A stretch of 51,423 bases of DNA, from the NCBI GenBank assembly GCA_018303285.1, contig JAGVYL010000019.1:1-51423 (forward strand), given 5' to 3'. This DNA is from Candidatus Woesearchaeota archaeon. Lineage in GTDB: Archaea > Nanobdellota > Nanobdellia > Woesearchaeales > GW2011-AR9. Numbering within the stretch: position 1 is the stretch's first letter; each line of letters starts with the position of its first letter. Shown piece after piece: positions 8,985 through 18,246 of this stretch. The translations under genes and the position numbers were made by a program. A model generated the notes under the pieces. It was not told where the DNA came from, did no database searches, and was given only the letters and a program-made list of their open reading frames with translations.

Positions 8985-10166
8985 TCATATCCCTGGTTCA
9001 CTTTTTGGAGATGATTTCTCCATCATGGCCGTGCATTTATCTTTGCCAATAAACTTTCCGTTAATGGTGCATTCTTTTGGGGGCCCGCTATCTGGAGCAC
9101 CCGGAGGTGATTTCTCCTTTCCATCATCTTTGCTTTCAGAAGGAATAAGCGGTATACTAGCATCTGAAGGCAGAACAGATTCTTTTTTAAACAAATTTTT
9201 AATCCAATCAACAAGTTTAGTTAAAAGATTTCGATTGTCTTGTTCTTTATATTGAATGTCCTGACCCGTATATTGTTTATCAGTTATACCAGCTATACTA
9301 GCAGCCGGCTGGTAATTAGGTTTTCCCTTCACTTCTGTCTGCACTTCTTTACCTATCTTTTTTTCATACTTTTGAGCAACATCTATCAATGTTTTCAACG
9401 ACTCTTTAGAGCATCCTCCGCCAGCTGGTCTTCCAGATTCAGTTGGCCCCATTTGGGAAATGTTTGGATGAGACTGAGTAAATTGTTCGCAGTTGGTTGT
9501 ACCGGTATTATAGATGGAAACCCGTTTCAGCTTTTGTAAATCATCAAGGCAAGATAAATCTCCAGTTATACCTGGGTTCCCAGGATATTCGTCTGCGATT
9601 CCTAACTCTTCGAGATTGATTAATTTGCTAAGCGAACAAATGTCTCCAAAGATGTTAGTGCCGCTGATATAAATTGCCTTTAGATTTGGCATATTGGCAA
9701 GGACAGCGATATCCCCCGAGATTTGAGTATGGGTCATGGCAAAAGTCTCCAACTTGGTCAAATACTTTAAACAGGAAATATCTCCGGTTACCTTAGGGTC
9801 AAAAGCAAATTTTAGGCTTCTCAGCTTTGTTGCTCCAGCCAGTGAACAGATATCGCCGGAAACATCCGGATTGGAATAAAGACTAAAGACTTCCAAATTT
9901 GTCAGACTTTTCAGATTAGCGATATCCCCCATAATTGTCCTGTCTGTTGCATCCATATATTGCAGGCAAGTTAAATCCTTAAGCTGACTTACATCTCTCA
10001 GTAAATCTATATTATTAATCCGGATAAAATCCTCTTGAGGGTAAAGAATTTGATACTCTTTATACACCGAAGTGGTAAGACCCCCGGACTGGCACGGCTC
10101 CAATGCAGAAACAAGATTAATCAAAAAGAACACTATAAATGCCAATCCTACACCTTTTTTGATCAT
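8985..10166 (-). CDS. secreted leucine-rich-repeat protein
   Basis: Signal peptide, then about 7 repeats of roughly 24 aa of the form L..L..L......I.GDI..L, and a low-complexity Pro/Lys-rich tail. Confidence 0.8.
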   Translation of the reverse strand: MIKKGVGLAFIVFFLINLVSALEPCQSGGLTTSVYKEYQILYPQEDFIRINNIDLLRDVSQLKDLTCLQYMDATDRTIMGDIANLKSLTNLEVFSLYSNPDVSGDICSLAGATKLRSLKFAFDPKVTGDISCLKYLTKLETFAMTHTQISGDIAVLANMPNLKAIYISGTNIFGDICSLSKLINLEELGIADEYPGNPGITGDLSCLDDLQKLKRVSIYNTGTTNCEQFTQSHPNISQMGPTESGRPAGGGCSKESLKTLIDVAQKYEKKIGKEVQTEVKGKPNYQPAASIAGITDKQYTGQDIQYKEQDNRNLLTKLVDWIKNLFKKESVLPSDASIPLIPSESKDDGKEKSPPGAPDSGPPKECTINGKFIGKDKCTAMMEKSSPKSEPGI

Positions 10167-10226
10167 ATAACCGAAGAAAATAACTGCAAATATAAACCTT
10201 TCTGTCCGGTCTACAATCTTTTCGGT

Positions 10227-11276
10227 TTACCACTCCATCTTGAACCTTAATATCGCCCCTATTCCCCCCAAACCATTTAATTTTTTTCCCCCTTCATGCT
10301 CAGAAGAGATTATATGCACTTCTCCTTTGCTTTTCTCTGTATTCCTCATCAGCCAATTAAGCTCTTCAAATTTCCCTTCTTCTTTTTTCTTTTGGATAAG
10401 GGAATCTATTACCAGCAGTTTCTCCACTGCTCCGCTGTCCACTGCTTGTTTTACTTCTTTAAGGCCGTAAGCCGCCATCCCTTTCTTATTGATTTGTATC
10501 AGCAGTTCTTCCACCAGATTAATTTCTTCCCAGAAGCGGCTTTGCTTTAGCGTTTCCTTCAGCTCCGGCCGCTTCATCACTTCACTTACGGCACTTTCGT
10601 CCACTGAAGAGCAGGTAGCTAAGACAATCTTCTTTTTCAGTTCCCCGTCTTTCACTAATTTCGCCAAATCTTCTTTGTAAAACGCCGGGCTGGCCAAGAT
10701 GATTCTTTCAGGATTAAACCGCCCAGCATATTCTCCCAGTAATTTTATTATTTCCGGATAAAATTGACCTTTGGCTGCTGCTCGTTTTTCTTTTTTCTCC
10801 GGCTCTCCGGAAATCTTTGTCAGCAGTTCGTAGCCGTAATTCTTCGTCAAAAAGAAGTATCCTTCTTCTCTGTCAAAAACACAGACAAGATATTGGTATC
10901 TCTTCTCCGCCGCTTCTTTCAATCGTTTGATCAGATAATCCGGCCAGTTTTCTTTCTCTAAAGTGAATTCACTGTCTTCGTCTATAGAAATAGTATGAAA
11001 ACTGCCTTTCGGGATGTCTTCTTTCTCCTCGTCGGTTTTGCCTGCTATCCGCAGAATATTGTTATACTTATGAAATTCCACTTTTTCTACTGCAATGCTG
11101 AGGGTAATAGTTTTCTTCACTGCTTCTTCTTTTTCCCCCAGCTTAATCTTGCGAGTAGTTTTAGCCCGCACTCTATCTCCTGCTTCAATAATCTGGCTCA
11201 GATACCAAAGATCATCCAGGCTGTTAACTCTTAACTTCGCATAGCCCTTGCGAAAATCATGGGAAAGTATCTGCAT
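10227..11276 (-). CDS. pelA: Pelota/Dom34 mRNA surveillance factor
   Basis: MQIL..D.RKGYAKLRVNSLDDLWYLSQIIEAGDRVRAKT and the eRF1-like central and C-terminal domains match the family. Confidence 0.9.
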   Translation of the reverse strand: MQILSHDFRKGYAKLRVNSLDDLWYLSQIIEAGDRVRAKTTRKIKLGEKEEAVKKTITLSIAVEKVEFHKYNNILRIAGKTDEEKEDIPKGSFHTISIDEDSEFTLEKENWPDYLIKRLKEAAEKRYQYLVCVFDREEGYFFLTKNYGYELLTKISGEPEKKEKRAAAKGQFYPEIIKLLGEYAGRFNPERIILASPAFYKEDLAKLVKDGELKKKIVLATCSSVDESAVSEVMKRPELKETLKQSRFWEEINLVEELLIQINKKGMAAYGLKEVKQAVDSGAVEKLLVIDSLIQKKKEEGKFEELNWLMRNTEKSKGEVHIISSEHEGGKKLNGLGGIGAILRFKMEW

Positions 11277-11402
11277 AAAGAAGAGGATATTCCGATAGTT
11301 TAAAAAATTAAGTGCCCTTAAATACTACACCTACTGAAAATACCTATCCTACCGCAGATAGTTTTAAATATTCCTACTCTATTCTTGCATCTGGTGATAC
11401 TT

Positions 11403-12599
11403 ATGAATATGAAAATTATGAATATGAAAAAAAGAGCGGATGGGGCTCCTGCAGCCGCCACATTATTAGCTATTATTATGGGTTTGATTGTTTTATATGT
11501 CTTATTCATCCCTCCTGCTGAACGAGCCAAGCTCTTAGGTGATGATTCCACTACCACTTCTATGGGTTCTACAACTACCAAAGGCCTTGTCCTTCTCAAA
11601 GAAAGTCCTGGAAGAGTAGATTTCCTGCCCGAAGACACTAACGAACACGCCTTGCCTGCAGTCTACATCTTCATCAAAAAAGAAGGTGCCGTTTTCGGCC
11701 AAAAACCTTTGACTCTCATCAAGAACAGCTTATTTTCCAGCAAATCAGAGAATATTTATTTTGATGTCTATGATTTAGAGAACACGGAAAACGTTCTTCT
11801 CTCTGCTTCAGTTAAGAAGAGTCAAGGAGAACTTGTTCTTACTTTAAACGGCGAAGAGATTTTCAGCAGCTTTGCTGAAACCGGAGCCATCACTCCCCTC
11901 AAAGTGCCTAAAGGATTACTTAAAGAAACCGGCAATCTTCTGGAAATTTCTGTTTCTTCTCCGGGAATAGCTTTCTGGCGGACAAACGAATATAATATAG
12001 AAAACGTCCAGATTGTCGGCGATGTCCAACGGGTGGAAACTCAAAAAGCCAAAAGCTCGTTTTTAGTTTCTGAAACTGAAAAGAACAATCTAGAAAAAGC
12101 AGAGATAAAAATGTCAGTCGACTGCCAGATGGAGAAGGTAGGAAAGCTGCGCATCTCTCTAAACAACGAACAAATTTATGCTGGCATCCCTGATTGCGGC
12201 TCTTATCTCAGCACTGAACTTTCTCCGGATTCATTGAAGAAGGGCAGCAATGAGATGGAATTTTTTACCGAGAGCGGCTCTTATTATTTATCGCTTATCT
12301 CTCTTAAATCTCAGCTGAAAGAAGTGGATTTTCCCACTTATTACTTTGAACTCTCAGAAGAGCAGTTCTCTGAAATAGAAGATAACAAGAAAGAAGCCGT
12401 CCTTACCTTGAACTTTGTCGATTCTGTAGACAAAAAACAGGCCGATGTCCTGGTCAACGGCCACATGAACAACATCGACCAGAAAGGAATCTTCTACAAT
12501 GTCAGCATCTCTGATGATGTAGTCAAGGGCACCAACTCTGTCAAGGTCAAGCCCAAGAAAAGCATTGAGATAAAAGAATTAAAGGTTGACTTGAAATGA
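11403..12599 (+). CDS. N-terminally anchored surface protein with a pilin-like leader and three internal beta-rich repeats
   Basis: MKKRADG-APAAATLLAIIMGLIVLYVLF resembles an archaeal class III (type IV pilin-like) signal. Three repeats follow L.LNG..I....(20-30)..K.G.N. The start is ambiguous (TTG 11385; ATGs at 11403, 11409, 11418, 11424). Confidence 0.6.
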   Translation: MNMKIMNMKKRADGAPAAATLLAIIMGLIVLYVLFIPPAERAKLLGDDSTTTSMGSTTTKGLVLLKESPGRVDFLPEDTNEHALPAVYIFIKKEGAVFGQKPLTLIKNSLFSSKSENIYFDVYDLENTENVLLSASVKKSQGELVLTLNGEEIFSSFAETGAITPLKVPKGLLKETGNLLEISVSSPGIAFWRTNEYNIENVQIVGDVQRVETQKAKSSFLVSETEKNNLEKAEIKMSVDCQMEKVGKLRISLNNEQIYAGIPDCGSYLSTELSPDSLKKGSNEMEFFTESGSYYLSLISLKSQLKEVDFPTYYFELSEEQFSEIEDNKKEAVLTLNFVDSVDKKQADVLVNGHMNNIDQKGIFYNVSISDDVVKGTNSVKVKPKKSIEIKELKVDLK

Positions 12600-12758
12600 T
12601 TATTTTTTTATTTTTATTGATTAATTTTTAATTATTCAATGCATCTCTCTTAATCTTTAATCAGATTTATAAACCCAAAAGATTTCTCTCGGGATATAGT
12701 CCTAAATATAATAGGATATTAGTAAATATCATAAGACATCATAAAAAAGAGGCAATTT

Positions 12759-14627
12759 ATGGTTTCATCTGAAGAAAAAGCAAAGCGTAAACAAATGCGG
12801 ACAGTGGAAGAGCTCCGCCGGGAAGTCAAGGGAATCGGCAAAGGTTCTTTTTCCCAATACGCTAAAAAAGAACAGAAAGTGCAGGAAAAAATAGCAGAAC
12901 GAAAGCTTCCTTCTGCCCAAAATGTCCAATTTTCCAAAACTCCTCTTCCGCAACAAGAGACTCAAGCTTTCAAGACTCCTCTTCCGCAACAAAATGCAGC
13001 CCCAATAAAAAATCCTGAACCAAAACGAAGTTTCTTCGAAGCCATGCGTTCTTCCGGCAGCAAAGTCTACGGAGCAGCTGCGGCTGGTGCCGGCAAAGCA
13101 AAGGAAGCGGCCAACATCAATATCCCCTCTATGTTCGTCTACATTTTTATGATTCTTATCGGCGGCTTGGATGTTTATCTCAAAAATATAGTCGGTTATG
13201 CTCCCTCTGCTTCAGTATTCATTTCATTGATCATCGCTTTGGTTTTTGCCTTTATGGTCTGGGGCAATCAGTTTTTCCGCTCGCTGGTTTTTGGCGCTTT
13301 CTTTGCCGACTTGGCCTTGGAAGGAATATTATATTACGCCCCCCAATCTGCTTTATCCGACACCTTAATCATCATCAAAGTTTTTCTCTGGCTCGGCTTG
13401 GCCATCACCCTTTTCATCCTCGGTTTCATCGAGCACCTCAAAGAAAGAGAGAAACCCGGCATTTTTGCGGATATTGTTATGCTCATTATTGTCGGTGCTC
13501 TAATCTTCTTCCTTTTCCCCCAGTTTCTCCAAGTCTATGAACTGCAATCTGCAGAACATCGAGATTATTTCACGGTCGTAGAACAGACTGGAGAAAAGAT
13601 TACTGTTGCCGCTAAAGAAGCCAAGACAAGCATTATTGATTATATAGACTGCATCTTCGGCGCCGGTCAAGTCTACACCGAATGCTTGGAAAACAAGCGT
13701 ATTGAAAAAATCTGCGCTCCGTACAAAGATGATGAAGAGCAGTATGCCGCCTGCAAAACAACTAAAGGACAGAACTTAAATAATGTGGCTGGAGCAGCAG
13801 ATAAAACTGCTGAATCCACAGAGATAAAAATTGCTGGCCCGGCATCCGGCCAAATATATTACGGAGAAGAAACTCAGGTCCTGGCTACTTTGAAAACTGT
13901 CAACCCTCACGAAGAACCAGTAGAAATGACTGCTTCCTGCTCTTTCCAGACCAGCTCTTCGACAAACAAACAGAACATCACTGGTAAAATTGAAAATCAG
14001 GAAGGCGCCATGCCATTCAAATCTGGAACTGAAGAAAAATCTCTCATCTGTGCTCCTGAATCTCCGTTAATCAATGGAAAATACAAAGTTACGTTTAATT
14101 TGGAAATGGCCAACTTAAAAACGGTTTCCACTTTAAAACGTGTATTCATGGGAGAAAAAGAACTGAAAACAGAGAAGGAAATTAAAGAAATCCGTTCAAA
14201 AGAATTTCCCGGCAAAGAATATCTCTCCCAAGCTCCAGAAGATTTTCTGCGCATTAACTTTTGGGTAGGAAGTTCTCAAAAAGAGCCGTTAATTTTTTCT
14301 GATGAACAGCCGATTTTAGTTGCAGAATTAGAAAACCTAGGCAAAGGAGAGATTATCAAGATAAATAATCTTAACTTTAATCTCAAAGGCATCACTGCTG
14401 CCACTTCCAAAAACGGCTGCTTCCTTCAGCAGAGTGATTTAAAAGTCCCTCCCAAAGCCAAGAAGATGGATTTAACTGTCTGTTCGTTAAGCTTGCCTCA
14501 GCAGTTGAAATCTCCTGAAGGAAAGTATGCTGAAGAAAACTTTGAAGCCATTATAGAATATGATTATAAAATAAAACAAGAATTCAATATAGAAGTAAAA
14601 AAAGTCAGCTTAGAGCAGATAAGTTAA
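12759..14627 (+). CDS. polytopic membrane protein with a large extracytoplasmic C-terminal domain
   Basis: Charged N-terminus with the tandem KTPLPQQ repeat, about 6 hydrophobic helices (residues ~125-265), and a Cys-containing domain. Its end (ELENLGKGE, IEYDYKIKQEFNIEV) resembles the downstream lipoproteins. Confidence 0.7.
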   Translation: MVSSEEKAKRKQMRTVEELRREVKGIGKGSFSQYAKKEQKVQEKIAERKLPSAQNVQFSKTPLPQQETQAFKTPLPQQNAAPIKNPEPKRSFFEAMRSSGSKVYGAAAAGAGKAKEAANINIPSMFVYIFMILIGGLDVYLKNIVGYAPSASVFISLIIALVFAFMVWGNQFFRSLVFGAFFADLALEGILYYAPQSALSDTLIIIKVFLWLGLAITLFILGFIEHLKEREKPGIFADIVMLIIVGALIFFLFPQFLQVYELQSAEHRDYFTVVEQTGEKITVAAKEAKTSIIDYIDCIFGAGQVYTECLENKRIEKICAPYKDDEEQYAACKTTKGQNLNNVAGAADKTAESTEIKIAGPASGQIYYGEETQVLATLKTVNPHEEPVEMTASCSFQTSSSTNKQNITGKIENQEGAMPFKSGTEEKSLICAPESPLINGKYKVTFNLEMANLKTVSTLKRVFMGEKELKTEKEIKEIRSKEFPGKEYLSQAPEDFLRINFWVGSSQKEPLIFSDEQPILVAELENLGKGEIIKINNLNFNLKGITAATSKNGCFLQQSDLKVPPKAKKMDLTVCSLSLPQQLKSPEGKYAEENFEAIIEYDYKIKQEFNIEVKKVSLEQIS

Positions 14628-14633
14628 ACAAAA

Positions 14634-15485
14634 ATGAACACTAAACATTATCTCCTCATCGCCTTTGTTCTCCTTTTCTTTCTTGCTGCCTGCGGTGGTT
14701 CTTCCCCCAATACTGCGGCTAGCTTCAAAACCGGCTACAAAGGGGTAGTGGTTACGCCAATAAAAAATGCTCCGCCCCCGGAGATTTACTCGGGCAGCAA
14801 TATTAAAGTAGGGATACGTTTGGAAAATCTTGGCGCTTATAAAGCGACCAACGGTAAAATTCAAATCAGCGGCTTTGATAAGACCTATCTCTCTTTTTTC
14901 AAAACAGAAGAAACTCTTGAAACCATGGAAGGAAGAAGCGCTGTCAATTATATCGGCAGTTTAGATTTCAAAGAATTTGAAGGAAAAGTTTCTCTGCCTG
15001 AAGGGCTTAAAGAACATTTAGAAAGATTCAACATTGTCACTTCATATGATTACACTACTGAATTGAACTATGATGCATGTATCAACCCCGATATGTACGG
15101 GTTAGCCGCCGGAAAAGATGCCTGCAAAATCAAGGACACTGCTTCTTTTTCTGGTCAGGGTTCTCCCCTCGCTATAGAAAAAATAGATGAAATCATTTTC
15201 CCCGGCAATAAACCCAAAGTGGAATTTCGCTTGCATCTCAAGAATAAAGATAAAGGAAAAATAACTGATTTAGTGATAGAAGAAGGAAAATTAGGCAATC
15301 AAATGATCCTCTGCTCGCCGACAGAATTAGACTTAGAAAAAGGAGAAAATCTAGTCGTCTGCCAGGCTCCTCTGCAAAATCAGAATGTTTATACCACCAC
15401 CCTTTTCGTCAAAGCCACATTCTCATACGAAACCACTAACTGGATAGAACTGAACATCATCGGCCAGAAACCATTTTATAAGTGA
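14634..15485 (+). CDS. lipobox protein, paralog 1 of 3
   Basis: Signal plus lipobox LAAC|GG. The motifs NAPPPEIY, RLENLG and a terminal SYETTNWIELNI are shared with 15556 and 16709. The start is 6 nt after the upstream stop. Confidence 0.75.
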   Translation: MNTKHYLLIAFVLLFFLAACGGSSPNTAASFKTGYKGVVVTPIKNAPPPEIYSGSNIKVGIRLENLGAYKATNGKIQISGFDKTYLSFFKTEETLETMEGRSAVNYIGSLDFKEFEGKVSLPEGLKEHLERFNIVTSYDYTTELNYDACINPDMYGLAAGKDACKIKDTASFSGQGSPLAIEKIDEIIFPGNKPKVEFRLHLKNKDKGKITDLVIEEGKLGNQMILCSPTELDLEKGENLVVCQAPLQNQNVYTTTLFVKATFSYETTNWIELNIIGQKPFYK

Positions 15486-15555
15486 GTGGGATGTTTAAAC
15501 TCTTCTCCAGTATAAAATAGAAAGATATAAAAAAGCCAGAATAATCTCTCTTCAA

Positions 15556-16479
15556 ATGCAAAAAAAGAGGCTATTGTTAATAGTTTTATCTGCTCTTCTA
15601 GTCTTAACTGCCTGCGGTGTGCCCCAAGGAGAGAATCCCGGCCAATCAGCCGCTGCCCTGCAGGCCGCTTCTACTGGCTTTCAAGGAGTGGAGATTCAGT
15701 TTATGCCTAATGCTCCCCCCAATCAGATTTATGACGTCAATCAATTAAATGCTATCGTCGAAGTGAATAATCTCGGCCGCTTCAACTTAGAGCCGCAGAA
15801 TTGTTTTGTAGAATTAAGCGGCTATGATTCCACCATCATTACTGGAATGAATTACCGCCAGAGCTGCGGTTTGCTCGACGGAAAAAATCCGTACAATCTT
15901 AATGGCGGCTACAATCAGATTGAATTCAAATCAGGAAATATTCTTCTTCCTGCCAATACTCCAACTTACACCCCCACATTACGCCTTGCTGCCTGTTATC
16001 AATATCAAACGGTAGCTACGCCTCAAGTTTGCGTTGATCCTCTTTTTTATACTATCAGTTCTCAACAAAAATCCTGCAATCCCGGCAGCGTACAGATGAG
16101 CAGCAGTCAAGCCGCTCCGGTAGCAGTCACCAATATCTATCCCCAGATGCTCGGCGGTAAAGCTTTATTTGATATTACTATCCAAAATGTAGGGGGAGGA
16201 TTGGTTTTAAGCCCTTTCACCAGCTTACTCTCCTGTCCGAGTAATCTAGGTTATCAAGATGAAAATAAGGTGGCTTACTCAGTAAGCATGGCCGGCGGAA
16301 CATTGATCAGCTGCAAACCAGAAAGCGGAGTAGTTACCTTGAACAACGGCCAAGGCAAGATGATTTGCCAATTCTCTATCGGCAACAGCCCCTCTTTTGA
16401 AACTCCTCTGAGAATAGAATTAAACTATAATTACATGAAATCCTGGCTGAAATCTGTCCAGATTGTCCAGACACCATAA
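15556..16479 (+). CDS. lipobox protein, paralog 2 of 3
   Basis: Lipobox LTAC|GV. Contains NAPPNQIY, VEVNNLG, IQNVGGG and a terminal LNYNYMKSWLKSVQI. Confidence 0.75.
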   Translation: MQKKRLLLIVLSALLVLTACGVPQGENPGQSAAALQAASTGFQGVEIQFMPNAPPNQIYDVNQLNAIVEVNNLGRFNLEPQNCFVELSGYDSTIITGMNYRQSCGLLDGKNPYNLNGGYNQIEFKSGNILLPANTPTYTPTLRLAACYQYQTVATPQVCVDPLFYTISSQQKSCNPGSVQMSSSQAAPVAVTNIYPQMLGGKALFDITIQNVGGGLVLSPFTSLLSCPSNLGYQDENKVAYSVSMAGGTLISCKPESGVVTLNNGQGKMICQFSIGNSPSFETPLRIELNYNYMKSWLKSVQIVQTP

Positions 16480-16500
16480 TTTTTTTCTTTTTACTGCTCC

Positions 16501-16508
16501 AAAACAAG
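16501..16508. repeat. left copy of 8-bp direct repeat aaaacaag (putative target-site duplication)
   Basis: Identical to 16624-16631 and immediately abuts the inverted-repeat element. Confidence 0.5.
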
Positions 16509-16623
16509 GTATGTGCATAGCGCGAATATCGCCAGCGAGTGAACAAAGTTCATCATTAGACGGTACTTGGTGTTTCATTACGAGATGCTTTGAATGAAAC
16601 ACACGAGCGAGCTATGCACATAC
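16509..16623. mobile_element. 115-bp MITE-like element with terminal inverted repeats
   Basis: gtatgtgcatagc (16509-16521) is the perfect reverse complement of gctatgcacatac (16611-16623). With one mismatch the match extends to 16 bp. An internal 10-bp hairpin gtgtttcatt/aatgaaacac is present. There is no coding capacity, and the element is flanked by the 8-bp direct repeat. Confidence 0.55.
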
Positions 16624-16631
16624 AAAACAAG
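16624..16631. repeat. right copy of 8-bp direct repeat aaaacaag
   Basis: Identical to 16501-16508. Confidence 0.5.
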
Positions 16632-16708
16632 AAAACTATTTAAATACCAAGATAAACCTCAATTATAATAATTAAGTTTAACTATATCAACAAAAAGGAG
16701 GAGAAAAC

Positions 16709-17605
16709 ATGAGAAAAATAGCTTTATTTTCCCTGATTTTAGTCGGTTTATTTTTAGTAGCCTGTGGTGAAACGCCCCAGACTCAAACTAAAGATGTTTT
16801 TTTCGGCGGCACTAATGGTGTAGAAGCCAAATTCGAACTGATGGGTGGAGAACAGGATAACATTGATACGATTTATGACTCCGAAGCATTTTTAGTAGAA
16901 GTCACGTTAAACAATAAAGGAGAACATGAATTAGCTCCAGAAGATGCTAACGTAAGATTACTCGGTCTTCCTCCTTCAAGTTTCCAAGGTATTGCTTCAT
17001 GGGAATTGTCAAATAAAGATATTGTCGATAAAGTATCGGAATTAAATAAAGCCGGCGGCCAGGAAACTGTCTCCTTCGGCTCAGCTGTCAAATACTTGCC
17101 TAAAGTAACCACTTATGCTGATTTAGAATGGATTGCCGAAGTCACTTATCAATACAAAACATATATCCGCGTAGACAATGTCTGCTTCAAAGGAAATCTC
17201 AATGATAAACGAGTCTGTGAAGTGGCAGAACCTAAACCTTTCCATGTCTCTGGCGCACCGATTACTATAACTTCAGCTAAAGAAGAAACCGCCGGCAGCG
17301 GCATTGTTGCCTTGACTTTGGAAGTAAAAAATGCTGGTCCGGGAAAATCTACTAAAGACGCCGACTTTAACTTCAATTTCAACAATTTCGGTTTCACTAT
17401 TGATGAGCCAGAATTATGGGACTGTAAATCTGCGGGTAAAGTAAACGAAGGCCGCTTCGATGATACTGGTAGTGCGTCTATTACCTGCAAATTGAAAAGC
17501 CCCCTGGCCAAAGAAGACTTGTATACCAAGAATATTGGTTTGACCTTAAACTACAAATATCAGAGCTTGGCCCAAACTAAATTAAGAATCAAAGAAAGCC
17601 AGTAA
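16709..17605 (+). CDS. lipobox protein, paralog 3 of 3
   Basis: Strong SD AAGGAGGAG and lipobox LVAC|GE. Contains TLNNKGE, LEVKNAGPG and a terminal LNYKYQSLAQTKLRI. Confidence 0.75.
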   Translation: MRKIALFSLILVGLFLVACGETPQTQTKDVFFGGTNGVEAKFELMGGEQDNIDTIYDSEAFLVEVTLNNKGEHELAPEDANVRLLGLPPSSFQGIASWELSNKDIVDKVSELNKAGGQETVSFGSAVKYLPKVTTYADLEWIAEVTYQYKTYIRVDNVCFKGNLNDKRVCEVAEPKPFHVSGAPITITSAKEETAGSGIVALTLEVKNAGPGKSTKDADFNFNFNNFGFTIDEPELWDCKSAGKVNEGRFDDTGSASITCKLKSPLAKEDLYTKNIGLTLNYKYQSLAQTKLRIKESQ

Positions 17606-17627
17606 AATGCTATTTTATTTTTGAGAT

Positions 17628-18215
17628 TTACATTTGGTATACTACTTCACGTTTTTCTGTTGGAATGAACGAAATTTCTATCCCGCATAATTTTAATGGA
17701 ACGGTGTTTACTACTTCAACTTTAACCAAGACATAGGGGTCTAAAGTTCGTGCTGATTTTCCAAGTTCTAATTCACGATGATGTAGATTTACTTTTTCTC
17801 CAGCGACTACGGATAACAATGCTGTTCGTGTTACGATTTCCATAGCCGTGCTTTTATTAATCATATCATCTGCGGTAACGTCAGTTAGACTGTCAATTAG
17901 AGTATAGTTTCTCTTTCGGGCATAACAGAATTCTATTGCCACTTTTTCCCGCGAAAAAGAGATCGTTTTTTGAGTTTTACTTAATCTTCTAGTAGTGTGA
18001 TACATTCCAACTGTTTCTAAGTCTTGGACATTTAATTCATCTTCTAGAAATCCGCCTTGTTCTCGTGTGGAAAGATAACTTTGGGTTTGATCGGCGCATT
18101 TAGCCAATTCTCGTAAAACATCATCAATTGTTTTAATGCTTTCTTCTACTTCGATTCTTTCTTCAATTTTTCTTAAGCTTGAAGAGACGATAATACGGTT
18201 GTGGCTTTTATCCAT
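17628..18215 (-). CDS. hypothetical protein (195 aa), probably co-transcribed with rfcS
   Basis: ATG-initiated ORF 32 nt downstream of rfcS on the same strand. No recognisable motif. Confidence 0.6.
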   Translation of the reverse strand: MDKSHNRIIVSSSLRKIEERIEVEESIKTIDDVLRELAKCADQTQSYLSTREQGGFLEDELNVQDLETVGMYHTTRRLSKTQKTISFSREKVAIEFCYARKRNYTLIDSLTDVTADDMINKSTAMEIVTRTALLSVVAGEKVNLHHRELELGKSARTLDPYVLVKVEVVNTVPLKLCGIEISFIPTEKREVVYQM

Positions 18216-18246
18216 GATACTTACTTAGTTTTATAATCTTTCAGTT

